Virus record (IMG/VR): IMGVR_UViG_3300014204_000114
Coordinates: 32,001 to 96,000 of that record
Length of the DNA stretch: 64,000 nt
Origin: a virus
Lineage: Duplodnaviria > Caudoviricetes
Strand: one strand, 5' to 3'
Of this stretch, positions 37,143-47,387 are shown piece by piece. Under the pieces are notes generated by a model. It searched no databases, was not told the origin of the DNA, and was given only the letters and a program-made list of their open reading frames with translations. Made by a program: the position numbers and the translations under genes. The first letter of the stretch is position 1; each line of letters begins with the position of its first letter.

Positions 37143-37814
37143 ATGATAAAGAAAGGCTCGGAAGAAAACTACCTCAAATTACAGCCTCACGATATCGATT
37201 GGGGCGCATGCAAATTACTTCTGACAAGATCTGAAACTATCCATCTTAAGCATATATTCACAAAGATATTCGTCAAACAAAACAATTGGGCGAAATATAA
37301 CGAGATCTTCGGACATTTAGACATGACTGCTTATGACTATATGCAGATAATGACCAATCACTTGAGGAGAATATATAAGATCCCGCGGGGATTTCAGGCA
37401 AGCATTAGTCTGCTTAGACCCGGAAGAAATGATTTCTTCCCGACATTACAAAATTTGGACGGACTTAAGACTTTAGTTGTCCTTGATTTCGACGGGGTAA
37501 TTACGGATAAGAGATTTACGGAGATGTATGATTTGTGCTATTCGAGAGCCAGAAAGCTATTTATAGTCTCGGCTAATCCCGAAGTTTCCAAAGAATTCAT
37601 GTACAAAAAAGGGTTATTCTCAAACCGCGTGGATAAGATATTCGCATGCAAGGGCAAGTGGCAGAAACTAAAGAAAATAATTGAATTGAAAAAAATATAC
37701 GATTTCGTATTCTATATCGACGATGAAGATATGTATCTTGACGTCGCGTGGATGTTTGGAATTAAAACTTATAAATGGAACGGCAAGGCGGTTAAGCCTT
37801 ATAGTCCGAAATAA
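37143..37814 (+). CDS. HAD-superfamily hydrolase domain protein
   Basis: VVLDFDGVIT, IVSAN, FYIDD. Confidence 0.75.
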   Translation: MIKKGSEENYLKLQPHDIDWGACKLLLTRSETIHLKHIFTKIFVKQNNWAKYNEIFGHLDMTAYDYMQIMTNHLRRIYKIPRGFQASISLLRPGRNDFFPTLQNLDGLKTLVVLDFDGVITDKRFTEMYDLCYSRARKLFIVSANPEVSKEFMYKKGLFSNRVDKIFACKGKWQKLKKIIELKKIYDFVFYIDDEDMYLDVAWMFGIKTYKWNGKAVKPYSPK

Positions 37815-37823
37815 GGAGCGGAT

Positions 37824-38261
37824 ATGAATAAAAAGTATTATCGCTATTTAATATATAAAAATGGCATATTGGCGTCTACTTCAGATGAAGATAGAGATAC
37901 ATTCCACGAAATTATATCCAATGCCATAAAGACGATATTTTGTTATTATAACGACACTCCGTCAGGAAGAACTTGCCATATCCAATTTCAAACTACAGAA
38001 AATAAAGACGGGGAGATAACATCAGAAATGATATCGCCCTTAATCCAAGCAGATGATTTTATAGAAAGAGTCACTAAGATTTTGGATCCTACTCCGAAAT
38101 ATCAAGTCCCTGACGATAAGAAAGATTATATATTAGGGACACTAAAAGGCACGCGCTTGTTTCTATTACAACTGTCGTCCGAAAAACCCACATTAACACT
38201 CTATAACAGGGATGCTGTAGATGAGGGTCTAAATAAAGTTATTGAAATTATAGAGGGATAA
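37824..38261 (+). CDS. Hypothetical protein
   Basis: AAGGAG SD. Confidence 0.7.
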   Translation: MNKKYYRYLIYKNGILASTSDEDRDTFHEIISNAIKTIFCYYNDTPSGRTCHIQFQTTENKDGEITSEMISPLIQADDFIERVTKILDPTPKYQVPDDKKDYILGTLKGTRLFLLQLSSEKPTLTLYNRDAVDEGLNKVIEIIEG

Positions 38262-38265
38262 GAAT

Positions 38266-38688
38266 ATGTTCGTAACAGTAATACCAAGATATCAAGTTCC
38301 AATGATGGAGAAAGTAAATTACGATACTGCGGTTATAGCCATACGCTCTTTAGGAGATGACGCAGAAATTGAATATCCAAAGACGAGTAAAATCAAGGGA
38401 ATACTCCAGCTTCAGTTTGACGATATTACAAGAGATATTCCATGCTATTGCGCTTTTGAAAAAGAGCAAGCAGAACAAGTAGTAGATTTCGTATTGGAAT
38501 ATCAGGACAAAGTGGAGATGTTCGTATGTCAATGCGATGCTGGGATTTCAAGAAGCGCCGGAGTAGCATTAGTATTGGATGAGATGTTTCAGGGAAACGG
38601 AGTCCCGATAAAAGACGATCCAAGATTTTCCCCGAATCCATTAGTAGTAAAACTTTTAAGAGAAGCCTTTAAGGCTAGGGAGAAATAG
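38266..38688 (+). CDS. Protein tyrosine/dual-specificity phosphatase-like protein
   Basis: LQFDD and CDAGISRSAG (CX5R), PNP. Confidence 0.85.
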   Translation: MFVTVIPRYQVPMMEKVNYDTAVIAIRSLGDDAEIEYPKTSKIKGILQLQFDDITRDIPCYCAFEKEQAEQVVDFVLEYQDKVEMFVCQCDAGISRSAGVALVLDEMFQGNGVPIKDDPRFSPNPLVVKLLREAFKAREK

Positions 38689-39111
38689 ATGAGAGTTACA
38701 GTAACTTTTCCTGCTCAGAGTGGCGTCTTAGATACTTTTGGACGTAGTTTTGGTCTTATAGAAACAAAAGTAAACTGGGACGAATTCCAGCTTTACTATA
38801 TTTGCAAAGAATGTGGAGCGTTATATAGAGACACCCCTGATGATTTCTTTTGTAAAAGATGCGGATGCGAGATATTGGATTTCGATATCAATCTGCCTAC
38901 TGAAAAATTAGCAAGAGTACTAGGCAGAGTTATAGAAAGAAGGGTGACTCCGTTCAAATGGTACGACCCTTTTACCTGGGGGAAAATTAAAAATACTCAG
39001 CAAGTATTTCAAGTACGGGAAGGAGACGAGATAGTGGAAATAGTAAATCCATGGAATACTAAAATACTTATTAAGAATCTCATTGAATACGCTAATAAAA
39101 AGGAGAAATAA
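38689..39111 (+). CDS. Zn-ribbon protein
   Basis: CKECG...CKRCG. Confidence 0.7.
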   Translation: MRVTVTFPAQSGVLDTFGRSFGLIETKVNWDEFQLYYICKECGALYRDTPDDFFCKRCGCEILDFDINLPTEKLARVLGRVIERRVTPFKWYDPFTWGKIKNTQQVFQVREGDEIVEIVNPWNTKILIKNLIEYANKKEK

Positions 39112-39574
39112 AATGTTAAATACAGCGTTACTTGTAATTATTCTTTTGATATTAATGGCTTTATTCCTCAGATCTATGGAAGAGCATGTCTTTTTAAAAG
39201 ATTTGCTTAAAATGCTTAGAACCATGCAAGCTAACCAAGGAGAAATATTAAGAGAATTAAGGGATCATAAAGCTACATATAAGAGAAACACGGAATCAAA
39301 TCACGAAGAAACTGCGACCAGAATAAGAAATATGGGCTATGAGCTTAAAGAGTATGCTAGTAAGTATATCTATGAAGAAATCAGGGATTTCAGAACGACA
39401 TCGAAAGTAAACTTACAGGGAATTGCAAATACGCTGAACGGAGCGAATCTGAATTTAATAGCGCTTAATAATCGTTTAGTTAAGCCTAAGTCTAAGTCTA
39501 AGCCTGCCTCTAATAAATCTTCTAAAAAATCCACTTCGAAACCTAATCAAACTATTCAAAAAAGGAAGAAATAA
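39083..39574 (+). CDS. TM + coiled-coil + Lys/Ser-rich tail (start probably MLNTAL)
   Basis: Hydrophobic N-terminus; basic tail. Confidence 0.7.
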   Translation: MNTLIKRRNKMLNTALLVIILLILMALFLRSMEEHVFLKDLLKMLRTMQANQGEILRELRDHKATYKRNTESNHEETATRIRNMGYELKEYASKYIYEEIRDFRTTSKVNLQGIANTLNGANLNLIALNNRLVKPKSKSKPASNKSSKKSTSKPNQTIQKRKK

Positions 39575-39982
39575 ATGCAGATACTAATATTAATACTAGT
39601 TATAGCTATACTTGTGATTGTGGGTCTTGGAGTCTTCCCAAAAGTCGCGGGATGGCACGATGAAGCAGTTCGCCAAAATGAACTTATCATATTACTAAGA
39701 GATGACCTCAAAGAAGACTTTGCTCATTTAAAGCGAATAGAAAGTGAAGAAGCCACTATTCTACGAGACAGGATAAAAGAACTCCAAAGAAAAATAGATA
39801 GCAAAGATAACTATAATGAGATCCATTACTCGATGGCAGAAGCGAAAGAAGACATTCAAACTACAATTCGAGCCCTTTCTAATTTAACAAGGACTGAGTT
39901 TGACAAGCTTCCGAAGAAACAAATAAAGAAACCTGCGAAGAAGCCTACCGAAAAAACAAGAAAGACGACAAAAAAGAGATAG
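39575..39982 (+). CDS. TM + coiled-coil + Lys-rich tail
   Basis: Same architecture as the upstream gene. Confidence 0.7.
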   Translation: MQILILILVIAILVIVGLGVFPKVAGWHDEAVRQNELIILLRDDLKEDFAHLKRIESEEATILRDRIKELQRKIDSKDNYNEIHYSMAEAKEDIQTTIRALSNLTRTEFDKLPKKQIKKPAKKPTEKTRKTTKKR

Positions 39983-39983
39983 T

Positions 39984-40754
39984 ATGAGGCGTGATATGAA
40001 AGAAAAGTTCAGAAATCATTGGGATTTTTATGGCAGTGGCGAGGAGGCTTGGATATCCAAGAAGTTTCTTCTTAAAATGTTAATTGCTGACAAGAAGCAA
40101 TGGAACAAGTTAAAGAAGGAAGGTAAGTGGGAGAATGTTGACCTGTCTTGGATAAGCATGTTCAGCTATATGAACACTCCGTTTTTATACTATGACAAAC
40201 TCTTCAAGATTGACTGTTGGGCAGATTTATCAGGGGCAGATTTAGAAAACGTTAGCTTTGAAGGATTAGACTTATATGGAGTTGACTTCAGAAAATGTAA
40301 AATCAGAAACACTAACTTTTCTGCCGCTAACTTAAGTGCTTGCAGGTTTTCCAATGAAAAGGGGCTTCTAACTAAAGAAGAATTTCTCAGCCAATTTGAA
40401 AAATTAAAGAACGGTTGGCTTGTTTACAAAGTCATAAAAGACGATGAGCGAGACGATAGAGACAGGGGCTGGAGAGAAGATCACAAGGAATATAAAAAAC
40501 ATTACAAGTGGGAAATTAAACAGAATTCAATTATTACTGGAAAGGTTGATCACAATAGATTTGCATATAAAGATAATGGTATTAATTTCGGCACGCTTAA
40601 ATATTGCAATGAATACTATAGACATTACTCTAAAGAAGATAAAGGAAACCTTTGGGCCTGCGAGCTTCCATTTGATGCCGATATATGTGTACCATATGCC
40701 TCCAGCGGAAACGCAAGAACAGACAAATTGAAGCTAATTACAGCCTTATCATAG
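39984..40754 (+). CDS. Pentapeptide-repeat protein
   Basis: ADLSG ADLEN VSFEG LDLYG VDFRK...ANLSA. Confidence 0.8.
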   Translation: MRRDMKEKFRNHWDFYGSGEEAWISKKFLLKMLIADKKQWNKLKKEGKWENVDLSWISMFSYMNTPFLYYDKLFKIDCWADLSGADLENVSFEGLDLYGVDFRKCKIRNTNFSAANLSACRFSNEKGLLTKEEFLSQFEKLKNGWLVYKVIKDDERDDRDRGWREDHKEYKKHYKWEIKQNSIITGKVDHNRFAYKDNGINFGTLKYCNEYYRHYSKEDKGNLWACELPFDADICVPYASSGNARTDKLKLITALS

Positions 40755-40772
40755 AAAGGACCAAAACGACTA

Positions 40773-41039
40773 ATGAGTAAAATCTCAAATTACGAATGGT
40801 CATACTTTGTGATAATGAAACAAATGGCTGATCGGGAGATGAAGAAGCCAGAGTGTTATTGCAATACCAGCCTGCTAAATTATCTATTTCCGCGGATCTC
40901 GCTTTGTACGTTTAGAGCGGAAAGACACGTATCTGGATCTCTATTCAGTACGATGAGAATGTACCTAGACCAACTAAGAGGTCATATAAGAAAAATAGAT
41001 GGAGAGCGAGAAAGAAGAATCGATTTATATTATGATTAA
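40773..41039 (+). CDS. Hypothetical protein
   Basis: ORF. Confidence 0.6.
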   Translation: MSKISNYEWSYFVIMKQMADREMKKPECYCNTSLLNYLFPRISLCTFRAERHVSGSLFSTMRMYLDQLRGHIRKIDGERERRIDLYYD

Positions 41040-41082
41040 AAATCTAAAACATTAAATAAGAATCTTATAAACAGGAGAAAAT

Positions 41083-41565
41083 ATGAAAAGAATAATTAAA
41101 TCAGAAACAAATCCAGAAAAAATCGAAGACAATCTTGATGTACCTCTTACGAGAGAAGAGAAAGAGGCATTGATAAGGAAGCTTCAGAAGTCACTGGAAT
41201 TAAAGGAAACGACAGAAACAGAATCGGCTGACGTGAAAGAGCAGAGGCTTGTTCAATTCTGCGAGAAAGTAAAAGAGCTGTTAAAGAGCGAACAGTATAG
41301 CGGTAATGCGCGTACCGCATTTGATTTCCTCGGGGCCTTAAGTTCAAGAATTGATTTGATACTCTCTTCGATTTTAGGAGACAGTTCATTAAATAATGAG
41401 AATAAGCGGACATTTAGGCTCCATTTTTTACCTCGTATGAAACTATTTGGTATTGAATTCTCATACGAGGTTCGCGAATTTTTCGGATTGGATCCGGAAG
41501 ATAACGAAAATTTCGTCGAATTCTACTTCGAGAGCGATAATATCACATACGCGTACGCGGAATAA
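41083..41565 (+). CDS. Hypothetical protein
   Basis: AGGAG SD. Confidence 0.75.
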   Translation: MKRIIKSETNPEKIEDNLDVPLTREEKEALIRKLQKSLELKETTETESADVKEQRLVQFCEKVKELLKSEQYSGNARTAFDFLGALSSRIDLILSSILGDSSLNNENKRTFRLHFLPRMKLFGIEFSYEVREFFGLDPEDNENFVEFYFESDNITYAYAE

Positions 41566-41577
41566 AGGAGAATAAAA

Positions 41578-41832
41578 ATGAAAACGGAAAAGGAGTTAAG
41601 AAAAGAGATAAGAGAGTATAAGAAACAGCATAAAGCCGATATGGCAAACTACGAGGAAATAGCTTCGAAGGTAAGAGTTATCAAAGATTTCGTAGATGCT
41701 CATGTTAGTAACGACGAAATAGTCAGAAAGACTATGTTAGGTACTGGCGGAGACGTAGATAGGACGCTGAGCAATCTAAATCTGATCTATAAGAAGATTC
41801 AAAAACTAGCCGAAAAGGCAAAAGGAGAATAA
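41578..41832 (+). CDS. Hypothetical protein
   Basis: AAGGAG SD. Confidence 0.7.
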   Translation: MKTEKELRKEIREYKKQHKADMANYEEIASKVRVIKDFVDAHVSNDEIVRKTMLGTGGDVDRTLSNLNLIYKKIQKLAEKAKGE

Positions 41833-41833
41833 A

Positions 41834-42475
41834 ATGAAGAAAATAATGTTTATACTTATAATTACTTTAATGACTGCGTGTATCGAAATCGAGGGAATCA
41901 CTCCTGAAGACGAAGATACAAAAAGAATTACTTCCGTTATCGATATCAGCGACGATGTAACTGATACTACAGACCCAGCTACAGATACAGTCTGGTTAGA
42001 CCCTGCGACGAATCTCATGTGGCAAAAATCGGGAAACAAATTTCCGGTATTATGGGAAGAAGCGATGACATATTGCGACGATGCAACTGACGGAGGTTTT
42101 AATAATTGGTACTTGCCTACAATAGACGAGTTAAGGACAACGATAATTGGACGCTCGGAAATAACGATAGGTGGCGAATGCCCTTATACAGATGGTCTTT
42201 CCGAATTCGATGTTTTCGATGATGATGGGATTTGTGATTTCAGACATGATGACCCGAATAGTTACCAGCCCAGTTATCTAAATTCTAAATTAGAGAAACC
42301 TGAACATGTTGCCGAAGATTATATTAGTTGGTCTTCGACAGTAATTATGAGGCATGGCGTAATAGCGGAACCGGATCCTGGGAAAATTGCTGTAGAATAT
42401 ATAACCGGTTCACTTCTTTTTATTCCGGCCATTGAGGATATGGCCTACGCACGATGCGTAAGGGAGGAAGAATGA
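41834..42475 (+). CDS. DUF1566 (Lcl/CLec-like) lipoprotein
   Basis: Lipobox LMTA-C; DPATNLMWQK, WEEAMTYC, WYLPTIDELRT, YISWSST, ARCVR. Confidence 0.85.
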   Translation: MKKIMFILIITLMTACIEIEGITPEDEDTKRITSVIDISDDVTDTTDPATDTVWLDPATNLMWQKSGNKFPVLWEEAMTYCDDATDGGFNNWYLPTIDELRTTIIGRSEITIGGECPYTDGLSEFDVFDDDGICDFRHDDPNSYQPSYLNSKLEKPEHVAEDYISWSSTVIMRHGVIAEPDPGKIAVEYITGSLLFIPAIEDMAYARCVREEE

Positions 42476-42813
42476 AACTATTTATCCTGGAAGGTAATAG
42501 TTTCGACGTAATTGAAAATAGCACATGCCAGAACGAATGCTCCTTTTCGTGCCCTAAGCTTATAGTAACTGGCGAAGGAATGACTCAGAAAGCCAGATGC
42601 GAAAAGTTCAGCGGGGACTTTCTTACTGGGGACATTCTTGAAAGAAATCCAACTCTAGGATCAAACGCATTCTTCCGGCACGATGAATGTATGAGAAAAG
42701 CTCATACGGCAACTGAGACTGTCTATCTCTTAGGGAATTTGATAATGCAAATTACAAAACCAACGGAAGGCAATGAATTATTACATCTTCGACAAATAGT
42801 AGAAGGAGAATAA
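42454..42813 (+). CDS. Cys-containing hypothetical protein (start probably MKLFIL)
   Basis: ORF in the operon. Confidence 0.65.
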   Translation: MRKGGRMKLFILEGNSFDVIENSTCQNECSFSCPKLIVTGEGMTQKARCEKFSGDFLTGDILERNPTLGSNAFFRHDECMRKAHTATETVYLLGNLIMQITKPTEGNELLHLRQIVEGE

Positions 42814-42814
42814 T

Positions 42815-43195
42815 ATGTGCGGAAGTTTAAAACACGAAGGTACACTTCAGAAGATAGGCCAGGATATATTCTTTATCGATAAAAACACTGAGAAAAAAGG
42901 AATATGGGCCGGGCATGCAAGATCAGAGACTCTAAAAGAAAAATGGCTGGATAGGGGATGTATTCCAATAACTATAAAAGCCGATTCCTTTACAGAAAAG
43001 GATAAGGCTAAAAAGGATCACTTCTTTAAAGTCCCTGAAGGCTGGGCTATAGAAGGAGTATTAGTTACAAGACCTATAGACTTAGGTTCGTATATTCATG
43101 GCCCTGGCGAGGTATTAATCGTTACAAGGCCCGCGAAAGGAAAAGAGGCTAAAGTTCATGACAGATTTCCCAAATTTGTGAGGAGAGAAAAATGA
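42815..43195 (+). CDS. Miniature SRAP (YedK/HMCES-like) domain protein
   Basis: N-terminal MCG, HARSETL, IVTRPA, VHDRFP. Confidence 0.7.
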   Translation: MCGSLKHEGTLQKIGQDIFFIDKNTEKKGIWAGHARSETLKEKWLDRGCIPITIKADSFTEKDKAKKDHFFKVPEGWAIEGVLVTRPIDLGSYIHGPGEVLIVTRPAKGKEAKVHDRFPKFVRREK

Positions 43196-43461
43196 CAAAA
43201 GAACAATTTGAAGCTATTTTTAAAGAACATTGCCCATATGATTCTTTTGAAAGTAAAAGTCAGATATTAAAAGGACTGAATATCATTGCCAAATATTTGC
43301 CTAATGTGGATATTGGAGCTGCGGAACATGACCAAGTATGGGCAAGTTGTGAGATAGACGAGCTTATAGCCGCGGGAATTATAGAGGAAGACGCTCAACG
43401 ATTATGGAAGTTAGGTTGGCTAATAAGCGAAGATGATGGCGGATTAACTCATTTCGCGTAA
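43192..43461 (+). CDS. Hypothetical protein
   Basis: AAEHDQVW; ATGA overlap. Confidence 0.7.
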   Translation: MTKEQFEAIFKEHCPYDSFESKSQILKGLNIIAKYLPNVDIGAAEHDQVWASCEIDELIAAGIIEEDAQRLWKLGWLISEDDGGLTHFA

Positions 43462-43471
43462 GGAGAATAAA

Positions 43472-43690
43472 TTGAAAGAGCAGATCATTTGTGGGATTCT
43501 AATAGTAATCGCTTTTTTCATAGGAGCAGGAGTCTCTTCCAAGAAAGAAAAGATAGACGCAATAGAAGCTTCAGCCAAAAAAGTAGAATATTGCGCGAGC
43601 GTTAATCTCGATGCGTACAAATGCGCGGAATGGATCAGATCGGGTAAAAGCGCAGAAGAATTCTTCGGCAAGAATACCCTAAACCCCTGA
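43472..43690 (+). CDS. Small membrane-anchored protein
   Basis: AAGGAG SD, TM segment. Confidence 0.65.
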   Translation: MKEQIICGILIVIAFFIGAGVSSKKEKIDAIEASAKKVEYCASVNLDAYKCAEWIRSGKSAEEFFGKNTLNP

Positions 43691-43789
43691 TTTAGAATAT
43701 ATAGAATCTATTTATAGAATTATTTATTTATCAACTTACTCATATTCCTATAGTCATAAGTTCGAGAATTAATTAATAAAAAATTCCAT

Positions 43790-43818
43790 TTGATTATTTT
43801 CTTAATTACGTATACAAT
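43790..43818 (+). promoter_or_regulatory. Sigma70-type promoter
   Basis: TTGATT-17 nt-TACAAT after an AT-rich UP-like tract. Confidence 0.55.
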
Positions 43819-43852
43819 ATTCGAAACAGAAAGGGCAAATAAAGGCGGGATT

Positions 43853-44539
43853 ATGAAAAAGATAACTAAAACTGGCAGAACTATAATTATATATACTTTC
43901 CATCGGGATACCACAGAGACATTATGGGTAGGTGCTGAAAGTCTCGAAGAAGCCATAAGATTCAGAAAAGGCGACGCTCCCCATGGATATTGGGGGCATA
44001 CACTACGAGAAGTCCGATCCGAAAAAGAGGAAGTCAGGGCGTCTGATCCCTATTGGATTATTAAATGTCCAGATAAAAGCTGCTTCGGTAAAGGTAAGGA
44101 CTGTACTAAGTGCGATATAGCAGAAGTTAAGAAAGTAGAAATAACCGAAAAACAAAAACGATATGCTACTCGAGGATCGGTGATTCAAGAGGAAAGAGCT
44201 AAAGCCAGAGTCAAACATAATACTTTTATAAACTATCAGGAAAGACAGGATAAATTCAGAGAATATCTTGAAGAAAAATTAGCGAATCCCTTACACCATC
44301 GTCCGTATGAATATACGATGCCTAAGACAATGGCAGGTTGGCTGAGAGATATAATAAAGCAGACTTTAAGAGATTTTATCTCTGTCGAGGAAAGGTTTGA
44401 TGCTATTCCTGAGGATTTGCTGTTCGCCTATGAAATATTCTTTGATGATTGCATCGAAATACATTTCAACGAGGACGAATGGCTTCAGGAATGGTTCGGA
44501 ACCACGTTTCTACAGACAATAAAATTAGGATGCAAATAG
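43853..44539 (+). CDS. Hypothetical protein with Cys cluster (start MKKITK)
   Basis: CPDKSC...CTKC; C-terminus similar to 50781-51086. Confidence 0.7.
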   Translation: MKKITKTGRTIIIYTFHRDTTETLWVGAESLEEAIRFRKGDAPHGYWGHTLREVRSEKEEVRASDPYWIIKCPDKSCFGKGKDCTKCDIAEVKKVEITEKQKRYATRGSVIQEERAKARVKHNTFINYQERQDKFREYLEEKLANPLHHRPYEYTMPKTMAGWLRDIIKQTLRDFISVEERFDAIPEDLLFAYEIFFDDCIEIHFNEDEWLQEWFGTTFLQTIKLGCK

Positions 44540-44561
44540 ATCCAAGGAGCAAAGCAAAATA

Positions 44562-45539
44562 ATGGAAAGGTTTAAGACATATATTGGATTAGATAAGCTG
44601 GGATACCCGTCTGGATATAAATCAATATTCGACAGGGAAACAGGCATTCATATAAGAGAAGTTGGAGAAGACGGGTTATGCCCCGCGCCTGAAATTGCGG
44701 ATATTGAAATTTCGACTATCTGCTCCAGAGGATGCAAATTCTGTTATAAGGACAATAAATCCAAAGGCGAGAATATGTCTCTCGAAACATTTAAAGATGT
44801 TTTGAGGAAATTCAATCTTGATATCCTAACTCAAATTGCATTTGGAATTGGAGATATAAACGCAAATCCGGATATATGGAAAATCCTGGCTTATACAAGG
44901 TCTAAAGGAATCATTCCGAATATAACGGTTAATCCGGATATAACTCAAAGTGACGCAAATAAATTAGCCAGCCTATGCGGGGCTGTAGCAGTATCTTATT
45001 ACGGCTTAGCAGAGACATTAGAAGCTGTATGTAAGTTGCACGACTCGGGATTGAAACAGGTAAATATCCACGCTTTAGTATCGGAAGAAACTAAAAGTGA
45101 CGTTGAGCTTTTATTCGAAAGGTCTAAATATGTACCGGAGTTAAACGCAATTGTATTACTTGCTTTAAAGCCTAAAGGTCGCGGCGTAGCATTCACCCCT
45201 CTAAAAGGATTCGGATGGTATAAAAGAAACTTCGAAGGAGCTAAAAAGTATAATATGGGTCTTGGGATGGATACATGCTCGGCATGCAGATTTAAAGCTG
45301 AAGTAGACGACCCTTCATTGGATAGCATAATCGAAACATGCGAAAGCACTTTAGCTTCTATTTATATAGATGTTAAAGGAGTAGCTTATCCATGCTCATT
45401 TAGCGTAGGAAAAATACAAGGGCAGAATCTTCTAAATGAACGGACTGATGTAAGCGATATCTGGAGATCCGATATCTTCAAAGCGTTCAGGAGAGAATTG
45501 AGACTAACAAGAGGCAAATGCCCTATTTACGATATATAA
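44562..45539 (+). CDS. Radical SAM protein with SPASM/Twitch-like C-terminus
   Basis: CSRGCKFCY (CX3CX2C), QIAFGIGD, TCES...YPCSF...CPIY. Confidence 0.92.
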   Translation: MERFKTYIGLDKLGYPSGYKSIFDRETGIHIREVGEDGLCPAPEIADIEISTICSRGCKFCYKDNKSKGENMSLETFKDVLRKFNLDILTQIAFGIGDINANPDIWKILAYTRSKGIIPNITVNPDITQSDANKLASLCGAVAVSYYGLAETLEAVCKLHDSGLKQVNIHALVSEETKSDVELLFERSKYVPELNAIVLLALKPKGRGVAFTPLKGFGWYKRNFEGAKKYNMGLGMDTCSACRFKAEVDDPSLDSIIETCESTLASIYIDVKGVAYPCSFSVGKIQGQNLLNERTDVSDIWRSDIFKAFRRELRLTRGKCPIYDI

Positions 45540-45548
45540 GGAATTAAA

Positions 45549-45884
45549 GTGAAAAAGATAATCAAAAAGACAGAAGACACCGCAACGGGAGCTATTTATT
45601 TAGATCCTATTGATTTGAGTCATTTAGATAATGACGGAGATTTTGATAATTACGACGACGCATACGACAGAGGGTTAAGGGCAGGGGAGCATTACCATAA
45701 AAAATTCATAAAAGAAGAGGTCGTACCTTTACTTAAAGAGACTAGAGACAGGCTTGAATCCATCCAGAAAGACTCAGGATTGGCTTCTTTAGAAAACAGT
45801 TACTGCGGGGAGTATGAATCAGAAGAACTTATAAAGAAAATAACTGATTTTATTGATAAGCTCGAAGCTCAAACTAAGGGATAA
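45549..45884 (+). CDS. Hypothetical protein
   Basis: ORF with SD. Confidence 0.7.
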   Translation: MKKIIKKTEDTATGAIYLDPIDLSHLDNDGDFDNYDDAYDRGLRAGEHYHKKFIKEEVVPLLKETRDRLESIQKDSGLASLENSYCGEYESEELIKKITDFIDKLEAQTKG

Positions 45885-45886
45885 GT

Positions 45887-46087
45887 ATGAGAACATCTAT
45901 TCAATGCTTACATTATTGTGATTTAAAAGAAGGCGACAGATTTATCTGCGTAGCTGAAGCTGAGGATCCTGCCCAGATATATTATACTTGGAAAGACGAT
46001 AGGTGGAATTTGCATGCACGATCATTACTAACAGGCCAAAACCATGATTTTAAACCTGATAGAAAAGTAGTAAAGGTGAGGATATGA
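45887..46087 (+). CDS. Hypothetical protein
   Basis: ORF in the operon. Confidence 0.6.
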   Translation: MRTSIQCLHYCDLKEGDRFICVAEAEDPAQIYYTWKDDRWNLHARSLLTGQNHDFKPDRKVVKVRI

Positions 46088-46980
46088 ATAAGATTAAAAT
46101 ACTAGATCCATTGGCAATGTGGCTGGATATGGGATTTGCCACGAAAATGACAGAAAGCTCATTAAGGCATTATGTTTTAAAAGGGGTGATGCGGCCTAAC
46201 GATCTTGTCATATTAGAAATTCCCTATCTTCGATCTGACGAAAGAACAGGAACCGCAAAAGCATATAATAAAACCGATTTAGAAAACACGCGGTATTATT
46301 CCATAACGGAGCAAATAGAAAGAAGCAAAAAATACCCTTCGATATACTTGTGCGTAGTAATAAGAGAAAAGAAAGGTATTTGGGAATTCATGCTGGTAGA
46401 CAACCAAGGACGTGATTCTTGTGGGAAACTATGTATTATTACTGCAGACGAAGAATGTTTTGATTATGTATGTAATGTTGGGGCAAAAGAACACAAACTC
46501 GAAATGGAACCTGGTCAAATTGTGGACTTAGCCAACACATATTATGGCTGCATAGATACAGTTTGGCTGACAGGTTATGGTTATTCTAGTGAACATAACG
46601 AAAGAGGGTGGAAGGGAATTTTATTAAAGCGCGATGGAGAGTACAGAGATACTAGCATACAGATAGAATGGGAGAAATATAAACGCCTTGGCCGTTCGGG
46701 CGGCGAGTGCGATTACAGAGAAAATACTCAATTACTTAGGACAATATGCGAAAAAGATTTCTTAGGAAACTTAACTCAGGATATTATTAACAGACTTAAA
46801 AAGCACAATGACAAAATTGTTCAGCTTTATGTCGATACCGTCGTCAAGAAAGTGATAAAAAAGCCGGAAATCTATTGCCCGGGACCATACATAAGCGATG
46901 AAGAGAAACGATGGAATAGATTTATGGCAAATAATCCAGATGCATTTGCGTGGGATAATATTAAGGGATGCCAACCATGA
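46084..46980 (+). CDS. Hypothetical protein
   Basis: 298 aa, ATGA overlap. Confidence 0.75.
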   Translation: MNKIKILDPLAMWLDMGFATKMTESSLRHYVLKGVMRPNDLVILEIPYLRSDERTGTAKAYNKTDLENTRYYSITEQIERSKKYPSIYLCVVIREKKGIWEFMLVDNQGRDSCGKLCIITADEECFDYVCNVGAKEHKLEMEPGQIVDLANTYYGCIDTVWLTGYGYSSEHNERGWKGILLKRDGEYRDTSIQIEWEKYKRLGRSGGECDYRENTQLLRTICEKDFLGNLTQDIINRLKKHNDKIVQLYVDTVVKKVIKKPEIYCPGPYISDEEKRWNRFMANNPDAFAWDNIKGCQP

Positions 46981-47387
46981 AAAAGATAAACAATAACATA
47001 TCTACAAAAGAACCCTCTCCTGAAGTTTTAACTAAGGAAAGCAGGCAAGAAAGAGAAGCACGTTTTAATGCCAGAATGAAGAAATTCGACAAAGCTCTTA
47101 AAACAAGAATTGCTAAAGACTCGCATCAGAAGAAATATACCACATTTAGGAATAGATCATTATCTGAATTAACATATGAAATAAATTCAGAAATGATCTG
47201 GCGAATGAAACAAGATGGATATCAATGCGACGGTAGTCAATTCGTGACGGAAATTAATTTTTGTCCATATACGTCACATCTACTGTATATATTTTTTGAT
47301 ATAGACTCTTGTCGGTATCTCGGCATGAGTCAGACGTGCCGACAAGCATATGTGCTTGAAGAGGAAATTAATGAAAAAAATAATTAA
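46968..47387 (+). CDS. Hypothetical protein
   Basis: ORF in the operon. Confidence 0.7.
   Translation: MPTMKKINNNISTKEPSPEVLTKESRQEREARFNARMKKFDKALKTRIAKDSHQKKYTTFRNRSLSELTYEINSEMIWRMKQDGYQCDGSQFVTEINFCPYTSHLLYIFFDIDSCRYLGMSQTCRQAYVLEEEINEKNN

Noticed and set aside
41834-42475. Diversity-generating retroelement
   Set aside because: No reverse transcriptase or template repeat visible in the window
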